A stretch of DNA of 64,000 bases from Planctomycetota bacterium (GTDB lineage Bacteria; Planctomycetota; UBA8742; UBA2392). The position numbers and the translations under genes were made by a program. Where the stretch lies: contig QEVF01000012.1 in NCBI GenBank assembly GCA_003576915.1, forward strand, positions 37,899-101,898, written 5' to 3'. Positions 27,058 through 40,320 of the stretch are shown here, piece by piece. The notes below the pieces were generated by a model. The model had not been told where the DNA came from. It did not search any database and saw only the letters and a program-made list of their open reading frames with translations. Every line of letters starts with the position of its first letter. Position 1 is the stretch's first letter.

Positions 27058-27689
27058 TGCCGACGGGATCAGACATCCGCCGTTACGAGCCTGACCGCGA
27101 CGAGTTCGGGGAGATGCAGCGCGCCTATCTGCGGCGGGCCCTCTTGTTCGGGGCGCCGGCGCTGGTTGTGCTGCTGTTTGCGTTTGTCACCTTTCTGGTA
27201 TGGGTTTTGACCTCGGCGCCGGGCTGGGTGTTCTTTCTCCTGGCGCTGCCGGCGGCCCTGGGCGCGATGTTCCAGCTTGTGCTGTTGTGGCTCGAACGTC
27301 CGGGCCCGACGCAGGACGCCGTGGCCGTGGAAGTCGGGCAGGGCCTGCTGCGCTTTGTCAATGACGAGACCGGCACGGTAGAGGAAGTGCGCTGGAAAGA
27401 GAGCCGCGGCGTGAGCGTGCAGCGGCGCTCCGACGCCGTGGAGATCGTGTTTCCCAGCGGGAGGCGTTCTCGGGTTCACTGGTTTGCCTACTCCGAGCGC
27501 GAGCAACTGCTCAAGGACCTGATGGCCCTCAAGGAGACACCCGCACAGGAGTCGCGGCCTGAAGACACCAAGGCCCCGCCCAGGCCGGCTGAGACGGCCC
27601 AGACCAAGCCTGAAGACTCGACGGCCAAGAGCGGCAAATCAGCCAAGACCTCGACGAAGGCGCGCAAAAAACCCGACGAAGAAGAATGA
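27057..27689 (+). CDS. Hypothetical membrane protein (2 TM helices, bacterial-PH-like domain, Lys/Pro/Glu-rich tail)
   Basis: Start ATG overlaps the acpS stop (TGATG at 27055-27059). Hydrophobic helices LLFGAPALVVLLFAFVTFLVWVL and WVFFLLALPAALGAMF. No family assigned. Confidence 0.5.
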   Translation: MPTGSDIRRYEPDRDEFGEMQRAYLRRALLFGAPALVVLLFAFVTFLVWVLTSAPGWVFFLLALPAALGAMFQLVLLWLERPGPTQDAVAVEVGQGLLRFVNDETGTVEEVRWKESRGVSVQRRSDAVEIVFPSGRRSRVHWFAYSEREQLLKDLMALKETPAQESRPEDTKAPPRPAETAQTKPEDSTAKSGKSAKTSTKARKKPDEEE

Positions 27690-27706
27690 CTCGCGCCAGG
27701 ATTACT

Positions 27707-27734
27707 TCTGACCTTTGACCTCTGACTTCTGACC
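27707..27734 (+). repeat. Four contiguous heptamers T(C/T)TGAC(C/T), ending 7 nt before the carB ATG
   Basis: TCTGACC TTTGACC TCTGACT TCTGACC read directly from the sequence. No Shine-Dalgarno motif lies between them and the ATG. Confidence 0.8.
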
Positions 27735-27741
27735 TCGAAAA

Positions 27742-31017
<3,276 letters not shown>

Positions 31018-31591
31018 ACGCTTTCTCGAAGACCCTGATGTATCGGAACCGCATGTTCCGTTGGAGTGGGCAGGGACCCCTACAATCGCGCCGGGGGCAC
31101 TGCTCCAGCCTTGGATTCCTGTCGGTTCCACAACGCTGGACTTCGGTTCCGGCAGGCCGGGCCATGCAACATCGCTGTTCCGTGCCGCGCCCTGCTCGGG
31201 GCAGCGGGTTCACAAGTCCAGCGCTGAAGTATTAGAGCCATTTCAGAATGAGTTTGCAGAGCGGATGCGAAGCGCCGCAGGGGCGGGGCCGGGCATCCGA
31301 ACCGGTTGCTTGCCAGGACCCAAGCGCGGCGAAGCGGACGAAGCCCCGCGATGTTCGCCGCGAGCGCGTGCCTGCCGATGAAGTCCGACCATGCTCCAAA
31401 CCCAGGACAGGCAGCCTCAGAGGTGCCACAATCTGCTCGGGATCATGTCTCTTGCGCTCCATGGCAGTCCTTTCCGGTCCAAAGGCCGATCCGGACTTTC
31501 ACTTCACCTGGACCGGCCTTCGGGGAGCAGACCAAGCCCCGAGTGAGAAGCGGGCCGCAGTTCCCGGCGTCGATGCGCCTTGCCCGGTGGG

Positions 31592-33271
31592 TTACCCCAT
31601 GGGAATCTGCACCGGCTTCTTGGCGCGCTTGTTGGCTTTACGCGCTTCGCTGTAGCCCGCGTCGATGTGTCTTGCGATGCCCATGCCGGGGTCGGCCGTC
31701 AGTACGCGTTCGATTCTCTTGTCGGCGGCTTTACTTCCATCGCAGACAATGACCTGGCCCGCGTGCAGAGAATAGCCGATGCCTACTCCTCCTCCGTGGT
31801 GGAAGCTGACCCAGGTGGCTCCGCAGGCGGTATTGATTAGCGCGTTCAGGATGGGCCAATCGGCAATCGCGTCTGAGCCATCCTTCATGGCTTCGGTTTC
31901 TCGATTCGGGCTCGCCACGCTTCCGCAGTCGAGATGGTCGCGGCCGATCACGATGGGTGCTTTCACCTTCTTCTTGCGCACGAGCTCGTTGAACTTCAGG
32001 CCCGCCAGATGCCTTTCGCCGTAGCCAAGCCAGCAGATTCTTGCGGGCAGACCCTGGAACTGGATGTTTTCCCGTGCGCCGCCAATCCAGTTGGCGAGAT
32101 GCTTGTTCTTGGGGAACAGTTTCAAAAGCTCGCGATCCGTGGTGTAGATGTCCTCGGGGTCGCCGCTGAGCGCCACCCACCGGAACGGGCCTTTGCCTTC
32201 GCAGAACAGCGGGCGAATGTAAGCGGGCACGAAGCCGGGGAAATCAAACGCGTTCTGCACGCCGGCCGTGAGCGCGTGCCCTCTCAGATTGTTGCCGTAG
32301 TCAAACGTGTGCGCCCCGCGCTTTTGCAGCTCGAGCATCTGCCGGCAATGTTTGGCCATGGTGCGCATGCTGTCGGCCTTGTATCGCTCGGGGCTGAGGC
32401 GGCGCAGTTCCAGCGCGTCGGCCAAGCTTATGCCGTCGGGAATGTAGCCGTTGAGCGGGTCGTGGGCGCTCGTTTGATCGGTGAGCAGATCGGGCGTGAC
32501 CTCGCGCTCGATCAGGCGGCCCAGCAACTCCGTGGCGTTGCACTCGACGCCGATGCTGACCGCTTCTCCCGCCTTGGCCGCGGCCAGCGCACGATCGATG
32601 CCCGCGTCGATACTGCTTGCTTTCTCATGCAAATAGCGTGTGTCGAGTCTTCTCTGAATGCGGTGAGGATCCACCTCCGCCGCGAGCATGACGCCGTTAC
32701 AGAGCGTACAGGCCAGCGGCTGCGCGCCGCCCATGCCGCCCAGACCTGCCGTGACCACGAACCTGCCGCGCAGGTCGGCCCTTTCGCCGTAGTGCTTTCT
32801 CGCCGCGCTGCCAAACGTTTCGTAGGTGCCCTGCAGAATCCCCTGCGTGCCGATGTAAATCCACGATCCGGCCGTCATCTGCCCGAACATGATCAAGCCG
32901 CGCTCGCGCAAGGTGTTGAAATGCTCCCATGTGGCCCAGTGGCCCACGAGATTGGAATTCGCAATCAGCACGCGCGGCGCATCTTCGTGCGACTTGAACA
33001 CGGCAACGGGCTTGCCGCTCTGCACCAGCAGCGTCTCGTCTTTGCCCAGTTTCCTGAGCGACTTGACGATGGCGTCGAAACACTCCCAATTGCGCGCGGC
33101 CTGGCCGCTGCCGCCGTACACAATGAGCTGGGCGGGATCCTCGGCCACGTCCGGGTCGAGGTTGTTCATAAGCATGCGCAGCGGCGCTTCTGTGAGCCAT
33201 GATTTACAGGTGAGCTTGCTGCCACGCGGGGCACGGATCACGCGAGGCTTGGCAGTCCTGGTAGCGGGCAT
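31592..33271 (-). CDS. hutU: Urocanate hydratase
   Basis: 559 aa. [42 protein letters not shown]. Confidence 0.95.
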   Translation of the reverse strand: MPATRTAKPRVIRAPRGSKLTCKSWLTEAPLRMLMNNLDPDVAEDPAQLIVYGGSGQAARNWECFDAIVKSLRKLGKDETLLVQSGKPVAVFKSHEDAPRVLIANSNLVGHWATWEHFNTLRERGLIMFGQMTAGSWIYIGTQGILQGTYETFGSAARKHYGERADLRGRFVVTAGLGGMGGAQPLACTLCNGVMLAAEVDPHRIQRRLDTRYLHEKASSIDAGIDRALAAAKAGEAVSIGVECNATELLGRLIEREVTPDLLTDQTSAHDPLNGYIPDGISLADALELRRLSPERYKADSMRTMAKHCRQMLELQKRGAHTFDYGNNLRGHALTAGVQNAFDFPGFVPAYIRPLFCEGKGPFRWVALSGDPEDIYTTDRELLKLFPKNKHLANWIGGARENIQFQGLPARICWLGYGERHLAGLKFNELVRKKKVKAPIVIGRDHLDCGSVASPNRETEAMKDGSDAIADWPILNALINTACGATWVSFHHGGGVGIGYSLHAGQVIVCDGSKAADKRIERVLTADPGMGIARHIDAGYSEARKANKRAKKPVQIPMG

Positions 33272-33349
33272 GGTGGTATCCCATGGGGCAAAGGTGCGCG
33301 CACTCTAACGAAGCGTGCGACGGCTGCCAGAGCGGAAGCAGGGCGGAGG

Positions 33350-34723
33350 TCAGCGCTGGGTCAGGCGCATGAACCAGGGGCGGGCCTCGTCCTGCCAGGG
33401 GTCGAGGAAGCCGTCCTGGTTGGTGTCCTCTAGGCTGAGCCAGGCCAGGGTGAGGCCGTCGGCGCTGGCGCAGAAGCCGGCGCATTCATAGCCGAATTCG
33501 CTGATCAGCAGCAGGTTCAGCTTGGAAGAACGGTCCACGAGTACAAGGCGTGTCTTGAGGTTGGAGCGCTCGACGGCGAGCAGACCCCTGCCGGCAATCC
33601 AGGCCAGCGGGAAGTAGCTGTTGCGCAAAGACGGCTGGCGCGCCCCGTAGTGCTCGGCATCATCGACGATGAGCAGCTCAAAGGTGTCCAGGGTGCGGGC
33701 AGGCGTGAAGCGGCCGCCGGGCAGACGGCTGGCATTGATCGTGCTGGAGGACTCCTGAACGCCAAAGAAGCTGCCTTCGCCCGTGATGTGAAGGCGTGCG
33801 CGGCGGCTGGGGCTGTACAGGATGCGTTCGCTGCCGTCTGCGGGGTTGAGAAGGACATGCTCGCTGCGGTCCAGCAGGCCGGCCTCGGGCAGAGGCTGGG
33901 TGTCGTCGGTGAACTCCTCTTCTTCGTCGGGCATGGGCCAGCGTCGGCCCCAGGGGTTCATAGGCACGCCTTCTTCGGGCGGCCGTGCTACCAGCCGCTC
34001 GATGAGCAGGCTGCCGTCCTCAAGCGCCAGAGACACATTGAAGCCCCTGCACAGCGGGCGGCGCTCGCCCTTGCTGAGCGAAAGGGAGTAAATCCAGCCG
34101 TTGACGTCGTCACGCGCGAACTCAGCCGTGAGTACTTCGGAGCCCTGCTTCCACAGCAGCAGCGGCGTTTCCGTGGGGCGAAGCGCGCAGACCTCGCGCT
34201 CGGCGGTGCCATCGTGGCCGCAGATAACGAGCGAACGATCATCTTCGGCGTTGACTTTGCCGTCGCCGTTGAGGTCAAGGCGGCGCGTTACGACAAGCAG
34301 GCGGCCGTCCTCAAGGAACAGGGGGGCCAGAGCGTCAAAGCCTGTCTCGAGGACTCGGGCCTGCGAGCCCTCGGGCGAGGCGGAGAACAGCACATAGCGC
34401 GGCGACAGCGGCAGCGCGCGGGTGCGGCGCGCAGAGGGCGGTTCGGCGTTGAGGTCGCGGAAAAAGTAGAGCCGCGCCCCGTCGGGAGAGAGGCAATGGC
34501 GCAGAATGGGGCCCTGCTCGACACTGGCCATCTGGGGCCGCGAGGGCGAAAGGCGGGCCACCCAGGCTGCGGCGTCCGGGTCGTCTTCGGGCCGCGGCTT
34601 GAGGGAGCTGGCGTCGGGTTTTTCGGGCGGGGGCTCGCCGTCGCCCACTTCCGGCTGGCCCTGCAGGGCGCCCAGCGCCGGCAGGCAGAGACAAAGCGCG
34701 GCCAGGATTCGTTTCAGTTTCAC
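33350..34723 (-). CDS. Secreted hypothetical protein, TolB-like beta-propeller character with two DxNxDG calcium-type motifs
   Basis: GTG start with signal peptide KLKRILAALCLCLPALGALQG. Motifs SPDG..LYF, DLNGDGKVNAEDD, DTNQDGFLD. The start overlaps the histidine kinase stop (GTGA). Confidence 0.55.
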   Translation of the reverse strand: MKLKRILAALCLCLPALGALQGQPEVGDGEPPPEKPDASSLKPRPEDDPDAAAWVARLSPSRPQMASVEQGPILRHCLSPDGARLYFFRDLNAEPPSARRTRALPLSPRYVLFSASPEGSQARVLETGFDALAPLFLEDGRLLVVTRRLDLNGDGKVNAEDDRSLVICGHDGTAEREVCALRPTETPLLLWKQGSEVLTAEFARDDVNGWIYSLSLSKGERRPLCRGFNVSLALEDGSLLIERLVARPPEEGVPMNPWGRRWPMPDEEEEFTDDTQPLPEAGLLDRSEHVLLNPADGSERILYSPSRRARLHITGEGSFFGVQESSSTINASRLPGGRFTPARTLDTFELLIVDDAEHYGARQPSLRNSYFPLAWIAGRGLLAVERSNLKTRLVLVDRSSKLNLLLISEFGYECAGFCASADGLTLAWLSLEDTNQDGFLDPWQDEARPWFMRLTQR

Positions 34724-36381
34724 GGCTTGACTCCCGGTGCGGTTTCAGCGGGCTCGGGCGGGCGCAGCGCCTCACGGGTAGGGGTGCGATCACTGCGGGC
34801 CGAGGCGCTGCGCGGCATGGGTTTGCTGATACGTATGGGAATCCAGACCGTGAAGCGCGAGCCCTTGCCACGCGCGCTTTCGACGGTGATTTCTCCGCCG
34901 TGGGCCTTGGCGATTTCGCGGCTGATGGTGAGGCCCAGGCCCGTGCCGTCAACCTTGCGCGTCAGTGCTTCATCGACGCGGTAGAACTTCTCGAAGATGC
35001 GTTGCTGGTCGGCGGGATCGATGCCGATGCCGCGGTCCGCGACCTCGATAAACATCTCTTCGCGGTCCTGCCCCACGCGCACGGTGACGAACTTGTCATC
35101 GCCGGAATACTTGATGGCGTTGCTTAGCAGGTTGAGCACGACTTCGCGCACGGCGTCTTTGTCGAACTCGGCGTTTTGGGGCAGCCCCGGCACCACGAAC
35201 AGGCGAACTTCGCCGTCGGTATCGCGCATCTGTGCCTTGAAAAGCTGGACGGTCTCGCGCACCACCTGCCCCAGATCGCCCGGCTGCATGTTGTACTTCT
35301 TGACCTGGTTCTCGAGCTTGGAGAAGGTCAGCACGTGGTCTATGAGGATGCCGAGGCGGTTGGCCTCCTGCAAAATCGTGTCGTAGCAGGCATTGACCTT
35401 TTCGGGGTCCTTCACGCGGCCCAGTTTGAGGGTTTCGATGAACATGCGGATGCTTGTCAGGGGTGTCTTGAGTTCGTGGGTCACGTTGGACACGAAATCG
35501 ACCTTCTTGCGGGCCTCGCTGGCTTCGCGCAGGATCATCTGAACGGCGTAAAGAGTGGCTGCGGCGACAATGGGCACGCCCAACACGGCAATCACAATGA
35601 AGATGCTGGACAGCCAGGTCTCCTGGTTGACCAGCCGCGCGGAACTCTCCAGGCGCAGGGTCAGCACGATCCATGTCATGATTTCAGGGTGGGCCGGAGC
35701 ATAGCCCACAAGTTCGGCCTCGCCGGGCAAAGCCTCGAACTCCAGAATGCGCTCGTCCGTCACGGCCGCGCGCAGGGCGCCGTTGCGCAACTCGTAGCCC
35801 GAGACCAGCTTTCTCAGTGCCGAATCTACCTGAGCTTCGCTGACTTCCCACACAATGGCTCCGCCGCCGGCAAGATGAACATAGGCGACGTAGCTTTCAC
35901 GCCGCAGGCCCGCGTGGCCCTGGCGTTCGATGTTGATCACGTGGCGCCGCGTGCCCTCCGATTTTTCGGGTTTGAGGGCCCGGATGAACTCCAGCACTTC
36001 GGGCGGGTCAGCACGGGTGTCTTCGTTCGTCAGGCGCTTGACGCCTGCGAGTTGCCCGCCCTGCCCGACATAGGCGCGCACAGCCAGAGACTTCACGTAA
36101 TTGTCGAGGTAGGACTCGACTTCGCGCATGGCCCGGGCGCTGTCTTCAGCGGAGGCCGGGGGGGCAATGGCGGCCAGTGGCGCCAGCAGATTCTCGACTT
36201 CGCGGGTAGCGGCAGCCCGAAGTTCGCGCAGGTCGCCCCGATAGGAGGCGGGTCGAAGCTCGATTTCGCGCAAAGCCCAGGTGCCGTACAGGGCCATGAG
36301 CAAAGTGGGGACAATCACCGCGAACACGGCCACCGGGTATAGCAGCTTTTTCTGGGTCCATCGGCTCAGTGGCGACGCCAT
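34720..36381 (-). CDS. Sensor histidine kinase
   Basis: Two TM helices flank a ~220-aa periplasmic domain. H-box SNVTHELKTPLTSI, N-box LLSNAIKYS, DRGIGI, GTGLGL. Confidence 0.9.
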   Translation of the reverse strand: MASPLSRWTQKKLLYPVAVFAVIVPTLLMALYGTWALREIELRPASYRGDLRELRAAATREVENLLAPLAAIAPPASAEDSARAMREVESYLDNYVKSLAVRAYVGQGGQLAGVKRLTNEDTRADPPEVLEFIRALKPEKSEGTRRHVINIERQGHAGLRRESYVAYVHLAGGGAIVWEVSEAQVDSALRKLVSGYELRNGALRAAVTDERILEFEALPGEAELVGYAPAHPEIMTWIVLTLRLESSARLVNQETWLSSIFIVIAVLGVPIVAAATLYAVQMILREASEARKKVDFVSNVTHELKTPLTSIRMFIETLKLGRVKDPEKVNACYDTILQEANRLGILIDHVLTFSKLENQVKKYNMQPGDLGQVVRETVQLFKAQMRDTDGEVRLFVVPGLPQNAEFDKDAVREVVLNLLSNAIKYSGDDKFVTVRVGQDREEMFIEVADRGIGIDPADQQRIFEKFYRVDEALTRKVDGTGLGLTISREIAKAHGGEITVESARGKGSRFTVWIPIRISKPMPRSASARSDRTPTREALRPPEPAETAPGVKP

Positions 36382-36647
36382 GGCACGGCCTCCGGGGCTC
36401 CCAACCCCACCGGGCAGTTTACATCAATCGAGGCGAGGGGGCGCGCAATTCACCCGGGGGGCCGGGCCGTGCGAAGTCGTACCTGCCTGCAATTTGGCTG
36501 CCTTGGCGGGTCCCGCGCAGCGTATAGGTAAAGGCAGGGTGTCTTGGACACCCGGGGTGTGGACAGCTATCCTGAGGGGCAGCCATGGAACCATCGGCAC
36601 GAGCCGTCAAACATGCAGCGCCCACGTCCGGATCAACCTCGCCCCGT

Positions 36648-37178
36648 ATGGAACGCTTCGAACGCTACCTAGAGCAGTTCCGGCGGCCCATCTTCAGCTA
36701 CGTGATGCGGCTGGTGAACGATCATGGCGCGGCGGAGGACATCGCGCAGGAGACTTTTGTCCGGCTCTATCAGGAACTGGACCGCATCCGTGACGAAACC
36801 GCCTCGGCCTGGCTCTATCGCGTCGCGCGCAACCTCGTGACGGATTACGTGCGCAAGAAGCGGCCCGTGACGTTCACCGTACTCAAGGGCGGCCAGCGCG
36901 AAGACGACGAAGCGGGCCTTGATTTTGACTCGCCCGATCCCGGGCCGGTGGCCCACAGTTACCAGGTTGAACTGCGCCGGCACATCGAGGAAACCCTGGC
37001 CGCCATGAGCGAAAAGTTCCGCGAAGTACTCGTACTGGTCGATATGCAGAAGCTGACCCACGAGCAGGCTGCCAAGGTTCTCAATTGTTCTGTGAAAACG
37101 GTCTCGGCCCGCCTCGCACGCGCCCGCGAGTTCTTCACCAACCGGCTGGCGCGGCACGTCAAGATTGAGCTGAGATAA
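36648..37178 (+). CDS. ECF (group IV) sigma-70 factor
   Basis: Region 2 (AEDIAQETFVRLY, WLYRVARNLVTDYVRK) and region 4 (REVLVLVDMQKLTHEQAAKVLNCSVKTVSARLARAR). Start taken at MERFERY. Confidence 0.9.
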   Translation: MERFERYLEQFRRPIFSYVMRLVNDHGAAEDIAQETFVRLYQELDRIRDETASAWLYRVARNLVTDYVRKKRPVTFTVLKGGQREDDEAGLDFDSPDPGPVAHSYQVELRRHIEETLAAMSEKFREVLVLVDMQKLTHEQAAKVLNCSVKTVSARLARAREFFTNRLARHVKIELR

Positions 37179-37257
37179 CGGCGTGTTTTCTTCCGGTTTG
37201 ACGCAGCCATGACGTAGCAGGAGTGCGGCCTTCCCCCGGGCCGCCCGAACCCCTGGG

Positions 37258-38427
37258 ATGTTCACGATGGAGCCCTCTGAATACGCACCCCTGCCGCGCG
37301 AAGCCCACGAGTACATTGACGGGCAGCTGAGCGCCGAGGCCGAGCGCGACTTCGAGCGCCGCCTCGAGCGTGACCCCGCGCTCAAGCAGCGGCTGGCGGA
37401 AGTGCAGGCCGCGCGGCGCATGCTGCAGTCCGTGGCGCTGTGCGAGGTGCCGGCCGGATTTGACGAGGGCGTCTATGAGCGCCTGAAGTACGTCGACCTG
37501 GCCAGGTCCGCGCGGGAGAAGCTGGTGTCGGCGCGCCCGCCCCTGTGGCAGCGGGCGCTACAGGTTGGCGCGGGTGCCCTGGCGGCTGCAGTGGTGCTCG
37601 CCCTTGTGGGTCTGCCCGGGCTTTCGGGCCCCGGTCAGGCGCCCCTGGACAGCGGGCCCCTTGATGGTGCCTATGCGCCCTTGGCCTCCGTGACTGAGGC
37701 TGACGTCCTGCCGCTGCTGGCCGACAATTATGACCGCTTCAGCGAGATGAAGCGCCAGGTGCTCTTCGCGCCCGCCCGCGATGCCGACACCCTGCGCGAT
37801 CTCGTGCGCGCCGAACTCGAACTCTCCGAGTTGCCCCAGCGCTGCCGCCGCCTCGCTGCCATCGCGCGCGGCCTGCCCGAACCCGAACGCCGCGAATACC
37901 TGCGCTTCTTTGAAAGCGTGGCCGCCTGCTGCGAAAGCATGGACGCCGAACTTGTGCGTAGCCGCAACGACCGTCGCCAGCCCGACATGCAGGCCCTCGG
38001 CGCCAGCTTGGCCTCCGTGCAGGTGCCGGCGCGCCTTTCCGGCGAGGACACCCTGCTGGTTACACGCTTTGGCCCCGCTGGCCGCGTGGTACAGGGCGCA
38101 CGCGTTTCCGTGGGCAATGACAGCGAGCTTGCCCTCTATCTGCTGGCCCGCGAGGCTTACTACCAGCGCGACTACGAAAGCGCGGCACGCCACTACGACG
38201 ATTATCTTGCACGCTTCCCGCGCGGCCGCTTCTCTGATCCGGCCCGCGCCGGCTCAGCCAGCGCCCTGCTGCGAAGCGGACTGTCGGATCGCGCCTTGGA
38301 CCGCTACCTGGCCGATGTCCGGGGCAACGCGGCGGCCATGCCGCTTCTGGATGCCAGCGATGCGGCGCGTCTCAAGCAGGCGGAACTGGAGCGCGCCCGC
38401 CGCACCCCGCCACCGGAAGACAGGTAA
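37258..38427 (+). CDS. Putative anti-sigma factor (N-terminal anti-sigma helix, one TM helix, periplasmic TPR-like tail)
   Basis: Located 80 nt after the ECF sigma gene. HEYIDGQLSAEAERDFERRLERDPALK resembles an anti-sigma N-domain (without the usual Cys). TM segment VGAGALAAAVVLALVGL. Confidence 0.6.
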   Translation: MFTMEPSEYAPLPREAHEYIDGQLSAEAERDFERRLERDPALKQRLAEVQAARRMLQSVALCEVPAGFDEGVYERLKYVDLARSAREKLVSARPPLWQRALQVGAGALAAAVVLALVGLPGLSGPGQAPLDSGPLDGAYAPLASVTEADVLPLLADNYDRFSEMKRQVLFAPARDADTLRDLVRAELELSELPQRCRRLAAIARGLPEPERREYLRFFESVAACCESMDAELVRSRNDRRQPDMQALGASLASVQVPARLSGEDTLLVTRFGPAGRVVQGARVSVGNDSELALYLLAREAYYQRDYESAARHYDDYLARFPRGRFSDPARAGSASALLRSGLSDRALDRYLADVRGNAAAMPLLDASDAARLKQAELERARRTPPPEDR

Positions 38428-38646
38428 TAGGTGCTTGCTCAGCACTCAAACCGCCGCGGCGTCGCGCCCATTTTGGCATTTCCCCTGGCGACTGGCGGGG
38501 GCTTGCATTCACCGTAAGAGCCCTCCGTGTCAACGCGTGTAGCAATGGTCGGGCCCCGTGTTTACCGGCAGGGCAGCGGCCGCTTTCACGACCCTCCAGG
38601 GCGATTGTGCGTGACAGGACGCCGTGTCCTGCTTCAATCCGCCCTG

Positions 38647-39084
38647 ATGACGCCGCCGGACTTCAAGTCGCTCATCCCCCATCGGCCGCCCATGGTGCTC
38701 GTGGACGAAGTCCCCATCTGGGGCGCCGAGCGAATTTGCGCGCGTCGCACCGTCCGCGAATCCGATCCCTTCGTGGAAAACGGCGAACTCTCGGACCCTT
38801 CGCTCATTGAATGTCTGGCCCAGGCCATTGCCGCGGGCGACGCCCAGCATGCCCGCGACAAGGGCGGCCGCGTCATCAAGGGCTACCTCACGGGGCTGAC
38901 GGGCCTGAAGTTTTACTCCCGGGCCCGGGTAGGCGAGACCATCGACCTCGAGGCCGACTGTCAGCGCCGCATGGATGGCATGGGGCTGTTCCACGCCCGC
39001 GCGCGCGTTCAGGACCGCCTGCTGGCCGAAGGCGTCTTCAAGCTCTATGTGCTGATCGACTACTCGCAGCGCGGCGCTACCTGA
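38647..39084 (+). CDS. Hot-dog fold protein, FabA/FabZ-like dehydratase family
   Basis: LIPHRPPMVLVDEV N-terminal motif; ~145 aa. The GHFP-type catalytic His motif is not obvious. Confidence 0.65.
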   Translation: MTPPDFKSLIPHRPPMVLVDEVPIWGAERICARRTVRESDPFVENGELSDPSLIECLAQAIAAGDAQHARDKGGRVIKGYLTGLTGLKFYSRARVGETIDLEADCQRRMDGMGLFHARARVQDRLLAEGVFKLYVLIDYSQRGAT

Positions 39085-40243
39085 GGCCGGGCTGGGCGCT
39101 GCGCGGCTCTTCGCCCTCGGGCTTGACGCGCTGGGACTGCACCTGCCGGTACACTTCCCACAGCAGCTCTTTGAGGCCCGCGCCCGTCACGCCCGATATC
39201 ACGTGAACTTTCCGCCCCAGCAGGCGGCCCAACTCCTGCGCTTTCTCCTCCGTGCCCGGCACGTCGGATTTATTGGCGACCAGCAGGCGAGGCTTGAGGG
39301 CAAGTTCCACGGAGAACGCGCTGAGTTCGCGCACGATCACGTCGTGGTCGGCCTTGAGCTGCTCGGGTTCGTTCTCACTGCAGTCAATGAGATGGATCAG
39401 CACACGGGTGCGCTCTACGTGGCGCAGAAACTTGTGGCCCAGCCCCTTGCCCTGGCTTGCCCCCTCGATCAGCCCGGGGATATCCGCCAGCAGAAACGAA
39501 TGTTCCTCGTCAAGCTGAACCACGCCCAGGTAGGGCACCAGGGTGGTGAAGGGATAGGCGCCGATCTTCGGCCGCGCCTTGGTGCAGCGCGACAAGAACG
39601 TGCTCTTGCCCGCGTTGGGCAAGCCTACAAGGCCGGCGTCGGCGATCAGCTTGAGCTCAAAGCGCAGGTGCCTGGCCTGGCCGGGCTTGCCCGGCTTGAA
39701 GCGCGTGGGCCTCTGGTTGGTCGCCGTGGCGAAGTGCTTGTTGCCCAGGCCGCCTTGCCCGCCGTAAGCCGCAACGTAGCGCATGCCGTGCTCGTTCATG
39801 TCCACCAGCAGGCGGGCCGAACGGGGACGGGGCTTCAGTTCGATGTCTTCGCCGCTGGCTCCCTCGGCGGTGAACGCCTCGGGGGGGGCGTGGATTTCGT
39901 CGCTTGCGGGCTCAGGCGGCTCTTCGCTCTGCGGCTCGCCTTCCTCCACCAGTTCATACACCAGTGTGCCCACGGGCACTTCAATGATCACGTCGTCGGC
40001 GTTGGCGCCGTGGCAGTTGCTGGTGCCGCCCTTGCCGCCGTTCTTGGCCTTGATCTCCTTCGTATAGCGCAGATGGCCCAGGCCATCGAGGTGATGACTG
40101 GCCACGAGCACGACGTCGCCGCCGCGTCCGCCGTCACCTCCGTCGGGACCGCCTTTGTCCACATACTTCTCGCGATGAAATGAGACGTGGCCGTCGCCGC
40201 CGCGCCCCGCCTTGACCTTCAACTCGGTTTCGTCCACGAACAT
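39077..40243 (-). CDS. obg: GTPase ObgE/CgtA
   Basis: MFVDE..V.V.AG.GG.G..SF.REK, GGDGGRGG, G1 GLPNAGKST, DIPGLIEGA, NKSD. Acidic insertion of about 45 aa in the Obg fold. Confidence 0.95.
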   Translation of the reverse strand: MFVDETELKVKAGRGGDGHVSFHREKYVDKGGPDGGDGGRGGDVVLVASHHLDGLGHLRYTKEIKAKNGGKGGTSNCHGANADDVIIEVPVGTLVYELVEEGEPQSEEPPEPASDEIHAPPEAFTAEGASGEDIELKPRPRSARLLVDMNEHGMRYVAAYGGQGGLGNKHFATATNQRPTRFKPGKPGQARHLRFELKLIADAGLVGLPNAGKSTFLSRCTKARPKIGAYPFTTLVPYLGVVQLDEEHSFLLADIPGLIEGASQGKGLGHKFLRHVERTRVLIHLIDCSENEPEQLKADHDVIVRELSAFSVELALKPRLLVANKSDVPGTEEKAQELGRLLGRKVHVISGVTGAGLKELLWEVYRQVQSQRVKPEGEEPRSAQPGLR

Positions 40244-40320
40244 GGCGAGATAGTAGGGTCAAATGCGCCCGTGAGAAGCGGCAGGCTGCACACAATGCAC
40301 CTTCGAGCTAACGTGGCGCC

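Noticed and set aside
31461-31510. The GAAAGUCCGG string (minus strand, plus-strand 31491-31500) and a GGACCGGAAAGG string, reminiscent of RNase P RNA P4 and the SRP RNA apical loop.
   Set aside because: The other universally conserved RNase P blocks (GGUAAGAGCGCACC-like, ACAGAACCCGGCUUA-like) and the SRP symmetric-loop context are not present nearby. I treat the resemblance as a chance match.
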